Below are positions 1 through 8,065 of a stretch of DNA of 35,512 bases, in pieces. The notes under the pieces are model-generated. The model saw nothing but the letters and a program-made list of their open reading frames with translations, did not search any database and had not been told where the DNA came from. The translations under genes and the position numbers were made by a program. The stretch is from an uncultured Planctomycetaceae bacterium (lineage in GTDB: Bacteria; Planctomycetota; Planctomycetia; Pirellulales; Lacipirellulaceae): assembly GCA_964532675.1 (NCBI GenBank), contig CAZHIV010000227.1, positions 1 through 35,512 of the forward strand, written 5' to 3'. How positions within the stretch are numbered: position 1 is the stretch's first letter; every line of letters begins with the position of its first letter.

Positions 1-23
1 CTCGCCGACTCGACCCACCCTAC
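1..23. repeat. Partial copy (cut by the window edge) of the 30-nt REP-like element also present at 7981..8065
   Basis: ctcgcCgactcgacccaccctac matches 8043..8065 (ctcgcAgactcgacccaccctac) with one mismatch. It lies just upstream of recG. Confidence 0.6.
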
Positions 24-54
24 ATTGGGCCGCCGCCCGCCGTACAATGGCGGC

Positions 55-2214
55 ATGAGTGGCACTTCGCAGAACGCCGATCCGGCAGTTGCCTCGCGAC
101 GGCAGCCGACGCCGGCCGAGGTTTTGGCGACGCCCGTGGAATTCGTCGTCGGCGCGGGGCCGCAGCAGGCCCAGTTGCTGGCTCGGCTTGAGGTGCGCAC
201 GGCCGGCGATCTCATTTTTCTGTTCCCCCGCGATTACCAGGACCTTTCCGATCGGCGCGACATCGCCGATTTGGACGAAGAGCGGGTGCAGACCGTCCGC
301 GGCGAAGTGGTCGAGGTCGACGCCCGCAGCAGCGGATTCGGCAAGAGCACGGTAGGCGTTCTCGTTCGATCCCTCACCCCGGCCCTCTCCCAAGGGGAGA
401 GGGAGTACCAATACTTGCGGGCCATCTGGTTCAACCAGCCGTTCATGCGCGAAAAGTTTCGCGCCGGCCAGCACGTGCTGCTATCGGCCAAGCCACGGCT
501 GCGGGGCGGGCGCTGGGAAATGGCCCACCCGCGCGTTACCTGGCTGGATGGTCCGGATGATGAGCCCGAGATGGGCCTGTTGCCCCTCTATCCGCTCACC
601 GAGGGCCTCACGCAATTTCAGACGCGGCGGATCGTGGCCGCCGCGGTCGAAAAGTTCGGCCCGGTTCTCGAGGAGGTTTTTCCGGAGGACTTGTTGCGGC
701 AATACGACTTGATGCGGCTGGCCGAAGCGCTGCCGGCGATCCATTCGCCGCGGGATGCCGACCAGTTGGAGCGAGCCCGGCGGCGGTTCGTATTTCAGGA
801 ATTGTTCGTGCTGCAGCTGGCAGTGGTCGCCCGGCGGTGGCAGCAACAGGTCGGCTTTCGCGCGCCCTCGCTGGCGCCTGGCGCCGACGTGAACGCGCGG
901 ATCGAACGGTTGTTTCCGTTCGAATGGACTGACGGTCAACGGCAGGCCGTCGCGGAGGTGGCGGCCGACGTGGCTCGCGAAACGCCGATGAACCGGCTGT
1001 TGCAGGGCGACGTGGGAAGCGGCAAGACAGTGGTCGCCGTGTACGCGATGTTGCTATGCGTCGCACGCGGGTACCAGGCGGCGCTCATGGCGCCGACCGA
1101 GATCCTGGCGAGGCAGCACGCCGAGACGCTCGCCGGACTGCTTCGCGCCAGCCGCGTGCGATATGCGCTCTTGGTGGGCGGGCTGACTGCCAAGCAGCGC
1201 GAAACGGCTTTAGCCGAGATCGCGGCAGGCAATATCGATCTGGTGATCGGCACGCACGCGGTGGTGCAGCAAGACGTGCAGTTCGCTAAGCTCGGTCTCG
1301 TGGTGATCGATGAGCAGCATAAGTTCGGCGTGCGGCAAAGGGCGGCGTTGCGTCAGGGGAAGCTGTCTCCGCACTACCTCGTCATGACGGCCACGCCCAT
1401 CCCGCGCACGATCGGCATGACGCTCTTCGGCGACCTGGATGTCACGACGCTGCGCGAGATGCCGCCGGGCCGGCAGGAGGTGCGGACCTACGTCGTGGAA
1501 CCGGCCGAGCAGGCCCGCTGGTGGAGCTTCGTGCGCGACAAGCTGCGTGCCGGCCGGCAGGCGTACGTCGTCGCGCCGCTGGTCGACGAATCGCAAAATG
1601 TGGCGGCCGCCAGCGTGGCCGAGGCGTTCGAACGACTCACCAACGGCGAACTGGCGGCTTTTCGCGTCGGCATCCTCCACGGCCGTATGTCGCCGGCTGA
1701 GAAGGAACAGGCGATGGCCGACTTCCGCGCCGGCAAGTCGCACGTGCTGGTATCGACGAGCGTTATCGAAGTCGGAGTCGATGTGCCCAATGCGTGCGTG
1801 ATGGTGATCGATTCGCCCGAGCGATTCGGACTTGCTCAGCTCCATCAACTGCGTGGCCGCGTGGGCCGAGGCACATTCGCCGGGTTCTGCGGCATTCTGA
1901 TGAGCGAGGGGCTGTCGGAACCGGCCCGCGAGCGGCTCCAGCTGTTCGCGGCTCTGTCCGACGGCTTCGAGCTGGCTGAAAAGGACTTCCAGCTTCGCGG
2001 CCCAGGTGACCTGTTCGGCACGCAGCAGCACGGTCTTCCTCCGCTTCGAATCGCCGATCTCCGCCGCGATGGAGTCCTTTTGGAAGAGGCTCGCCGCGAG
2101 GCCCAGGCTCTATTTGCGGCCGATCCGGGCCTGAAAAGCCCGGAGCATGCCCGGCTGCGGCGGCAAATGCTGGTTCGGTACGGCGATGCCTTGGAGTTAG
2201 GAGATGTGGGGTAA
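55..2214 (+). CDS. recG: ATP-dependent DNA helicase RecG
   Basis: ORF 25..2214 begins at a TTG; the first ATG is at 55 (MSGTSQ). SF2 helicase motifs are present: GDVGSGKT (Walker A), VIDEQHKFG (DEQH box) and MTATPIPRT. The C-terminal helicase/TRG-like region (QLHQLRGRVGRG) and the length and architecture are typical of RecG. Confidence 0.9.
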   Translation: MSGTSQNADPAVASRRQPTPAEVLATPVEFVVGAGPQQAQLLARLEVRTAGDLIFLFPRDYQDLSDRRDIADLDEERVQTVRGEVVEVDARSSGFGKSTVGVLVRSLTPALSQGEREYQYLRAIWFNQPFMREKFRAGQHVLLSAKPRLRGGRWEMAHPRVTWLDGPDDEPEMGLLPLYPLTEGLTQFQTRRIVAAAVEKFGPVLEEVFPEDLLRQYDLMRLAEALPAIHSPRDADQLERARRRFVFQELFVLQLAVVARRWQQQVGFRAPSLAPGADVNARIERLFPFEWTDGQRQAVAEVAADVARETPMNRLLQGDVGSGKTVVAVYAMLLCVARGYQAALMAPTEILARQHAETLAGLLRASRVRYALLVGGLTAKQRETALAEIAAGNIDLVIGTHAVVQQDVQFAKLGLVVIDEQHKFGVRQRAALRQGKLSPHYLVMTATPIPRTIGMTLFGDLDVTTLREMPPGRQEVRTYVVEPAEQARWWSFVRDKLRAGRQAYVVAPLVDESQNVAAASVAEAFERLTNGELAAFRVGILHGRMSPAEKEQAMADFRAGKSHVLVSTSVIEVGVDVPNACVMVIDSPERFGLAQLHQLRGRVGRGTFAGFCGILMSEGLSEPARERLQLFAALSDGFELAEKDFQLRGPGDLFGTQQHGLPPLRIADLRRDGVLLEEARREAQALFAADPGLKSPEHARLRRQMLVRYGDALELGDVG
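371..405. repeat. GC-rich palindromic mini-element inserted in frame in recG
   Basis: The sequence is ccctcaccccggCCCTCTCCCaagGGGAGAGGGag. It has a perfect 9-bp stem (383..391 / 395..403) with a 3-nt loop, and is translated as LTPALSQGERE inside the N-terminal (wedge) region. Confidence 0.6.
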
Positions 2215-2436
2215 CATCCTGTGAACGCTCTGGTTGACCGAAAATTTCTGTAAGTCATTAAATAGAAAACACTTATGGAACGACATTGGCCTAGGCGAAG
2301 GGTCGGTTGCGGCAAAGTTTTCGAGCTTATTTTTGATTTTTTAGAAAAAGCATTGCCAAACGTCGTTTGGGGGGTACACTGAGGATTCGTAGGGGCTTTC
2401 GGGAGGTTGCCGTTTTAGCGGAGTAGGTAGGGTGTA

Positions 2437-3201
2437 ATGAATTTCACAACGAGATTGACCGCATTTCTGCGCTCGGATCGCGCTCTCTTCTGGACATATG
2501 GATTTGTTGCATCGATTGCCATCATGTTGGCCCTGAGCTGTGCCTCTTCCGGCGTAGCGGGCACCGTACAGCTCGGTAGCTCCGGCTGGCAAGCGAGTTG
2601 GGATTCCTCTCTCGACCCTTACGTCGACATCATCGTCGATGCCGTGGTGCCGTCTGAGGATGCGGTGATTATCCAGAAGGCCGCCGAATTCATTCAGGGT
2701 CCGGGCTTCGGTGGGCTGTTTCCGCCGATCGCCATCACGTTCACGCAAACCGATGCCAATGCCGTATCACGCATCGTGATCAACGACGAAATCATCACGA
2801 ATAACACGGGCCACGATTGGCTCGACTTCCACATGCAGCTGGTGGACAGCGGCGATGCGATGTTCAACGCGGCCGATACGAACGCCTCCGCCGGCGGCAA
2901 CGGTTTCAGCATTGCCCCCTTCACGGTGCAGAGTTTTGGTCCCGGGCCGAACCCGCCCTACACGACCTACAACCTTCGCGGCGGCGTGGTGCCGGACGGC
3001 ACCGTCTGGTTCCCTGGCAGCGGGGCTGCCGACGGCGAGCTTTTCATCGACACCATCACTGGCGCTGGCACCGTGAATGACCCGTTCACGGTCTTTACGC
3101 TGAAAGAGTGGCCGACCGTTCCGGAGCCGGCCAGCGGATTGCTAGTGTGCCTGGGGCTGCTAATCGTGTCGCCTTGGATTCGTCCGGCGCGGACAGCTTG
3201 A
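2437..3201 (+). CDS. Secreted PEP-CTERM-anchored protein, family unknown (paralogue of 3746..4459)
   Basis: ATG start with an N-terminal hydrophobic signal-like segment. The C-terminus is VPEPASGLLVCLGLLIV...RPARTA, that is PEP plus a TM helix plus a basic tail. The core is roughly 60% identical by eye to the next gene. Confidence 0.75.
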   Translation: MNFTTRLTAFLRSDRALFWTYGFVASIAIMLALSCASSGVAGTVQLGSSGWQASWDSSLDPYVDIIVDAVVPSEDAVIIQKAAEFIQGPGFGGLFPPIAITFTQTDANAVSRIVINDEIITNNTGHDWLDFHMQLVDSGDAMFNAADTNASAGGNGFSIAPFTVQSFGPGPNPPYTTYNLRGGVVPDGTVWFPGSGAADGELFIDTITGAGTVNDPFTVFTLKEWPTVPEPASGLLVCLGLLIVSPWIRPARTA

Positions 3202-3330
3202 CGGGGCGTTTACCGGGATCGTCTCTCCCGTCTGTCGGGCTGAAAAATCGCCCTGTTGCAGTGTTCCCGAACTTGGTGTTCTGCCGGCTGCTTTGGAAGG
3301 CGAAATCGCCCGATGCGCCTAAGAAACTAA

Positions 3331-3359
3331 TTGACACCCGCTCCCGCCGGGTGTATCAA
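3331..3359 (+). promoter_or_regulatory. Candidate sigma70-like promoter (TTGACA-N17-TATCAA) embedded in an imperfect palindrome
   Basis: The -35 ttgaca is at 3331..3336, followed by a 17-nt spacer and the -10 tatcaa at 3354..3359. The same stretch forms TTGACACCC-N8-GGGTGTaTCAA. It lies about 390 nt upstream of the 3746 start codon. Planctomycete promoter rules are poorly known. Confidence 0.3.
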
Positions 3360-3745
3360 CAAGGTTCGCGGCATGAAATTTTGCCGATTCGGAACCTCTT
3401 TCTGTTGGCGGTTTAAGTCGGAGTAAGCTCATGATTGTCAGCTCGGCCCGGGCGAAGCAACGTCGCCATGCCGAATGCCAGACATTCAAGAGCCGCTGTT
3501 GACTCCACTTCCGTCTGCCGCGTCTCTTTGCGTAGAACGATCCCCCGTCGATCGGCCCTTTTCCAGGGCACTTCGTCGTCGACCGGCCTGGAATCTTCTA
3601 CCGGTGCGTCGCTTCCCGCCGCTTATCGACTGACTTCGCGTTAACGCTTTCAGGGCGAGACGCGAATCTTCGTTGATGGCCCGCCGAGCTTGACAGTCTT
3701 GCACAGTTGAAGCGCAGAGTCGGCGCGCTGAAAGGATAAGACTTA

Positions 3746-4459
3746 ATGACACGACATACTCGTTATGTTTCGTTGCTGATCGCGCTATCGGCGCTTTCCC
3801 TGGGGCGGACGGCGCCCGCTCTTGCAGGCACGGTGACCTTGGGTACTTCCGGGTGGAAGGCGACCTGGGCCGCTTCTCTCGATCCCTACGTTAACATCCT
3901 CGTCGACTCCGAGTCGCCCGACGCCGTGTTCATCGAGAAGCACGCCGAATTCATTCAAGATCCTGGTTTCGGCAACATATTCCCGCCCATTCCGATCACC
4001 TTCATGCAAACGCAGGTAAATGCGGTGCCGCGCATTGTCATCGTCGAGGAAACCATCACCAACAGCACGGGAACGCGATGGACAGACTTCCATATGCAAT
4101 TGATGGAGGGCGACGACGCGGTCTTCAACGTGGCTGATACGGATGCCTCGGCCGGCGGAATGGGCTTCGATACGTCGCCCTTCTCGATTCAAAACTTTGG
4201 TGCGGACGGCACAACACTCGACTTGCGTGGCGGCGTCGTGCCCATCGGCGGCGTGTGGAACCCGGGCGGCGGCCCCAACGGCGGCGATTTGATCATCGAT
4301 GTGGCGGTCGGCAGCGGCACCACCGCCGATCCGCTCACGGTGTTCACGCTCAAAGAGCGGCCATCGATACCCGAGCCGACCGCAGTAGTAATGGCTGGTA
4401 TCGCGGCGCTGCTTGGGGTATTGCCGCGAGCTCGCAAGTCGCAGTACAAGTCGCAGTAA
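3746..4459 (+). CDS. Secreted PEP-CTERM-anchored protein, family unknown (paralogue of 2437..3201)
   Basis: Signal peptide MTRHTRYVSLLIALSALSLGRTAPALAG. The C-terminus is IPEPTAVVMAGIAALLGVLPRARK (PEP-CTERM). The shared core runs GT.V.LG.SGW.A.W..SLDPYV ... FHMQL ... ASAGG.GF. Confidence 0.75.
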   Translation: MTRHTRYVSLLIALSALSLGRTAPALAGTVTLGTSGWKATWAASLDPYVNILVDSESPDAVFIEKHAEFIQDPGFGNIFPPIPITFMQTQVNAVPRIVIVEETITNSTGTRWTDFHMQLMEGDDAVFNVADTDASAGGMGFDTSPFSIQNFGADGTTLDLRGGVVPIGGVWNPGGGPNGGDLIIDVAVGSGTTADPLTVFTLKERPSIPEPTAVVMAGIAALLGVLPRARKSQYKSQ

Positions 4460-4470
4460 CTGGCGCGGAA

Positions 4471-5607
4471 TCAAACGCCCGCCGTAATCTGCTCGCCCGC
4501 TTGCCACCGCGAGCCATCGCGATCGACGCGGCGATAAAGCGTGTCGCGTTCGACCGGCTGCCGGCCGGCCTCGACGATCAGCCGGCGAATCTCGTCCACC
4601 GAGAGGATTTCCGGGGTCGTGGCGCCGGCGTCGTGGTAGATCAGCTCGTGCCGCACCGTGCCGTCGATGTCGTCCGCGCCGTAGGAGAGGGCCACCTGGG
4701 CGGTGCCGATGCCGAGCATGATCCAATACGCTTTGATGTGAGGCACGTTGTCGAGCATCAGCCGGCTGATCGCCATCACTCGCAAGTCGACCAGGCTGGA
4801 GGGCTTCTTGATGTGCGCCAGGCCCGTGTGATCGGGGTGGAAGGCCAGCGGGATAAACGTCTGGAAGCCGCCGGTCTCGTCCTGCAATTCGCGCAGGCGA
4901 ATGAGGTGGTCGATGCGGTGGTACGGCTGCTCGATATGTCCGTAGAGCATCGTGCAGTTCGAGCGCAGGCCGAGCTCGTGGGCCGTGCGGTGAACCTCGA
5001 ACCAGCGCCGGGCGTCGGCCTTGTGCTCGCAGATCTGATTGCGTACCTCGGGGTGGAAGATCTCGGCCCCGCCGCCGGGCAGGCTGCCAAGGCCGGCCTC
5101 GATCATGTCTTCGAGCACGTCGCGCACCGGCTTATTGGCGAGGCGGCAGAACCAGTCGATTTCGACGGGCGTCCAGGCCTTCAAGTGCAGCTCGGGGTAC
5201 GCCTCGTGCAGGAGGCGGATGACGTTGACGTGCCAGTCGTATTTTTTCTGATGATGCAGGCCGCCGACGATGTGCATCTCCGTGCAGCCGTTGTCGACCG
5301 CTTCCGCGCCGCGCTCGAGTATCTGCGAGTCGCTCATCACGTAGCCCTTCGGGTCGCGCAGGTCGGAGCGAAACGCGCAGAACACGCAGCGGTACACGCA
5401 CACATTCGTCGGGTTGAGGTGCGTGTTGATGTTGTAGTAGGCGAAGTTGCCGTTCTTCCGCTCGCGCACGAGGTTGGCCAGCTCGCCCAATTCGGGCAAC
5501 GGCACGTCCGGCCGCTCGAGAATGAGGCCGTCGTCGAGCGAAAGCCGCTCGCCGGCTTCTACCTTTTCGCGGATCGGTTTCAGGATGGGCGACGATGAAA
5601 GCAACAT
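4471..5607 (-). CDS. mqnE: Radical SAM menaquinone (futalosine pathway) enzyme, aminodeoxyfutalosine synthase MqnE-like (MqnC not excluded)
   Basis: It carries a CxxxCxxC radical-SAM cluster motif (NVCVYRCVFCAF). The blocks CTMLYGHIE..RIDHLIRLRELQDETGGFQTFIPL and GADDIDGT are typical of the CofH/MqnC/MqnE family. It is clustered with UbiA-like, ubiX and ubiE genes. Confidence 0.7.
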   Translation of the reverse strand: MLLSSSPILKPIREKVEAGERLSLDDGLILERPDVPLPELGELANLVRERKNGNFAYYNINTHLNPTNVCVYRCVFCAFRSDLRDPKGYVMSDSQILERGAEAVDNGCTEMHIVGGLHHQKKYDWHVNVIRLLHEAYPELHLKAWTPVEIDWFCRLANKPVRDVLEDMIEAGLGSLPGGGAEIFHPEVRNQICEHKADARRWFEVHRTAHELGLRSNCTMLYGHIEQPYHRIDHLIRLRELQDETGGFQTFIPLAFHPDHTGLAHIKKPSSLVDLRVMAISRLMLDNVPHIKAYWIMLGIGTAQVALSYGADDIDGTVRHELIYHDAGATTPEILSVDEIRRLIVEAGRQPVERDTLYRRVDRDGSRWQAGEQITAGV

Positions 5608-5609
5608 TT

Positions 5610-5822
5610 CTACTCGGTACTTTCTACAAGCAGTGCGTTGGCTGGCGCATTTCGATGGAGTTGGTAGAGCGCTTCACCGAGCACCATCAATTCACGCTCG
5701 ACCGCCGATCGGACCGGACGATTTTGCTCCAGATCGGCGAGCGATTTGTCGGCCATAAATTCCGATACAAATCTCGCACGATCGACAATGTCGAGCAAGA
5801 ATTTTCTAGGGTCAGGCGGCAT
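5610..5822 (-). pseudogene. HepT/DUF86 (HEPN) toxin remnant, C-terminally truncated
   Basis: The 70-aa ORF (LLDIVDRARFVSEF...AVERELMVLGEA) matches the N-terminal two thirds of DUF86/HepT. It stops before the Rx4-6H catalytic motif expected about 25-40 aa later. Its stop codon lies 2 nt from the mqnE start codon, and it overlaps the upstream MNT gene by 11 nt. Confidence 0.6.
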
Positions 5823-6135
5823 AGAGCAGCTTGCGACTGCGATTGACGGATTCGATGAAATAGGGGTTGCGCATCGCCGTGGCGTCTACCAGATCTACCT
5901 TTCGCTCGAATAAGTCAGCCAATGCGATTTGAAACTCAAAGAACTGATGGAAGGAATTTGTTCCGGGGAGGCGATCGAATTCCACTAAAAAATCGAAATC
6001 GCTGCGCGCTGGATCAAACTCGCCGTCGGCGATCGAGCCGAACACTTCCAGGCGGGATACAGCAAACTGCCGGCACAGTTTCTCAAGGCTGTCCCGTTTG
6101 CATTCGATCATCGGAATCGTTTGAGAATCGCTCAT
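5812..6135 (-). CDS. MNT-type nucleotidyltransferase (antitoxin partner of HepT)
   Basis: It has the minimal nucleotidyltransferase motif VFGSIADGEFDPARSDFDFLVEF (GS..x..D.D) and the C-terminal block KVDLVD...NPYF typical of MntA-like proteins. The ATG at 6135 (MSDSQ) is preferred over the ORF-track start at 6222, which would overlap the upstream UbiA-like gene. Confidence 0.75.
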   Translation of the reverse strand: MSDSQTIPMIECKRDSLEKLCRQFAVSRLEVFGSIADGEFDPARSDFDFLVEFDRLPGTNSFHQFFEFQIALADLFERKVDLVDATAMRNPYFIESVNRSRKLLYAA

Positions 6136-6203
6136 CGCTTGGTGCGGCTCTTCGGATTGGGGCTGCAACATGGGAGCCTGACGGCATTTCCCTATTTTCA
6201 GTA

Positions 6204-7250
6204 TCACCGATGACCCACCCAAAGGTCCAGGCTGCCTGCGGCCAACAGTCCCAGGCTGATGATGGCGTTGACGTTAAAAAACGCGGCGTTCACGCGGGAC
6301 AGATCGTCTGACCGCACCAACAGGTGCTCATACACCAGCAGCAGCGCTACCGCGGCGACGCCGACCCAGTAAATCCAGCCAAAAAGCGGGTACACGACCG
6401 GCAAAAAGGTCAGGAAGCCGATGGTCAGCAGGTGGCAGAATGCCGCTAGCCGCAGCGCCCCGGGGATGCCAAACCGCACCGGCACGCTATGCAGCTTTGC
6501 TTGGATGTCGGCGTCGTAATCCTGGCAGGCATAGATCATGTCGAACCCTGCGACCCACGTGAGCACGGCGCCGCCCAGCACAACCGCGGGGAGCACGTCG
6601 GCCGGGTCGCGGAGCACGATTTCGCCTCGAATCGCAATCCACGCCGCAACCGGCGACAACGCCAGCGCCGTGCCTAGCCAGAAATGCGCCAGTGCCGAAA
6701 AGCGCTTCGCGTAGCTGTAACCGGCGAGAAAAGCCAGTACCGGGAGCGAGAGAACCAGCGGCAGCCGATTCGGTAGGAACAGCAGCGTGCTGGCGACGAA
6801 ACCGACGGCCGACAACGTCGCGAACAGCGACACTTGGCCGACGCTCAGAATCTCCGCCGGCAAGTGACGACTGGCCGTGCGTGGGTTTTCTGCATCCAAC
6901 CGCCGGTCGGCCAGCCGATTGAACGACATCGCAAAGCTCCGCGCCGCGACCATGCATAGCAGGATACCCAATACCTCCTGCCAGCGGGCGGCGAAGCCAT
7001 GCCACTTTGGGCCTGGATTACCACCGTAGAAGGCAACAGCCCGATCTACAATGGTTTCTAAGAGTGCGTCCAAAGATGCGTCATCGGCCGACTGTCCAGC
7101 GCGGATTCCATCACGCACGAGTTCACGCCCGACTTCGTCAATGTGCTGCACTCGCCACGCCATCACCGCCGCCAACAGCGCGAACGGCAGCGCAAACAGC
7201 GTGTGGCTGAAGCGGATCAGTTCCAGCAGGTGGCGGACAGTTTTGAACAT
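6204..7250 (-). CDS. UbiA-family aromatic prenyltransferase (MqnP/4-hydroxybenzoate polyprenyltransferase-like)
   Basis: Polytopic membrane protein with the first Asp-rich motif as NRLADRRLDAENPRTASRHLPAG and the second as DMIYACQDYDAD. The ATG at 7250 (MFKTVRHLL) is preferred to the TTG at 7277. Confidence 0.8.
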   Translation of the reverse strand: MFKTVRHLLELIRFSHTLFALPFALLAAVMAWRVQHIDEVGRELVRDGIRAGQSADDASLDALLETIVDRAVAFYGGNPGPKWHGFAARWQEVLGILLCMVAARSFAMSFNRLADRRLDAENPRTASRHLPAEILSVGQVSLFATLSAVGFVASTLLFLPNRLPLVLSLPVLAFLAGYSYAKRFSALAHFWLGTALALSPVAAWIAIRGEIVLRDPADVLPAVVLGGAVLTWVAGFDMIYACQDYDADIQAKLHSVPVRFGIPGALRLAAFCHLLTIGFLTFLPVVYPLFGWIYWVGVAAVALLLVYEHLLVRSDDLSRVNAAFFNVNAIISLGLLAAGSLDLWVGHR

Positions 7251-7335
7251 GATGCAGGTCTCACGCCAAGGCGCCAAGGCGCAGAGATGGCTGCCTTTTG
7301 TATGTTACTTCGCGCCTTCGCGCCTTTGCGTGAGA

Positions 7336-7968
7336 CTATTCTGCCCCCCAGCGCTTGGTGAGTGCGTGCTCGACGCCGAGCTGGTCGCAGATGCGGGCCA
7401 CGACGAAGTCCACGAGGTCGGCGGTCGAGCGGATGTCCTGGTACCAGCCAGGCGAGGCCGGCAGCACGACCGCGCCGGCCTCGGTGACGCGGCGCATGTT
7501 GTCGATGTGGGTGAGGGACAACGGCGTTTCACGCGGCACGAGCACCAGTTTCCGGCGCTCCTTCAGGTGAACTTCGGCCGCCCGCTGGATCAGATTGCTG
7601 GCCGCGCCCGTGGCGACGGCACTCAGCGTCGAGCCGCTGCACGGGCAGATGACCATGCCGGCGGTGAGGAACGAACCGCTGGCCATCGGGGCCATGAAAT
7701 CCTGGTGGTGGTAGTAGTGCAGCTTGCCGGCAGGGCCGGATGCGTACAGCGTGGTTGCGGCCGACTCGGCATTCGCGCTAAGCCGCAAGCGGCTGGCGTC
7801 GAACCGGTCTAAATCAACGTCGATTTTCAGTTCCTGGCGGATTACGTCGCGGCCTGAGGGGCTGATTGTCAGATGCACATCGCATCCGGCGGCGCGGAGC
7901 GAATCGAGCAGCCGGACGGCGTAGATTGCCCCGCTGGCGCCGGTGATGCCGAGGACGACAGGATGCAT
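7336..7968 (-). CDS. ubiX: Flavin prenyltransferase UbiX (MqnL-like in futalosine organisms)
   Basis: The N-terminus is VLGITGASGAIYAVRLL, with MVICPCSGSTLSAVA and LVLVPRETPLS blocks. The ~210 aa length is typical of UbiX/Pad1. Confidence 0.88.
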   Translation of the reverse strand: MHPVVLGITGASGAIYAVRLLDSLRAAGCDVHLTISPSGRDVIRQELKIDVDLDRFDASRLRLSANAESAATTLYASGPAGKLHYYHHQDFMAPMASGSFLTAGMVICPCSGSTLSAVATGAASNLIQRAAEVHLKERRKLVLVPRETPLSLTHIDNMRRVTEAGAVVLPASPGWYQDIRSTADLVDFVVARICDQLGVEHALTKRWGAE

Positions 7969-7980
7969 TTTGTGTTCATC

Positions 7981-8065
7981 GTAGGGTGGGTCGAGTCCGC
8001 GAGACCCACCGTTATTTGACCTTTTTGGGGTGGACGGTGGGTCTCGCAGACTCGACCCACCCTAC
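7981..8065. repeat. Inverted pair of a 30-nt REP-like palindromic element
   Basis: The copy at 7981..8010 (gtagggtgggtcgagtccgcgagacccacc) is the reverse complement of 8036..8065 with one mismatch. The spacer is 25 nt. Each copy can also fold on itself (ggtgggtc / gacccacc). The right copy overlaps the ubiE stop codon. Confidence 0.8.

Noticed and set aside
25-54. N-terminal extensions offered by the ORF track: recG from TTG 25, Rieske from 15552, the EEP protein from 20782, the 20885 TTG, DUF1559 from TTG 22991, kinase from 33162, cytochrome b from 14836, and MNT from 6222.
   Set aside because: In each case a downstream ATG gives a canonical N-terminus (a signal peptide, Tat motif, prepilin motif, zinc ribbon or family-typical start), removes an overlap with the neighbouring gene, or creates an ATGA coupling. 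The shorter forms were therefore used.
4255-5598. 447-aa + strand ORF covering almost the whole mqnE locus. Similar long shadow ORFs occur at 3785..4726, 8272..8877 (the upstream part of the ComB ORF), 10024..11277, 13206..14366, 29857..31551 and 31615..33090.
   Set aside because: They are antisense to genes with clear family motifs, are Arg/Ala/Gly/Pro-rich with no recognisable domains, and are the expected stop-codon-poor frames of high-GC DNA. I treated them as non-coding artefacts.
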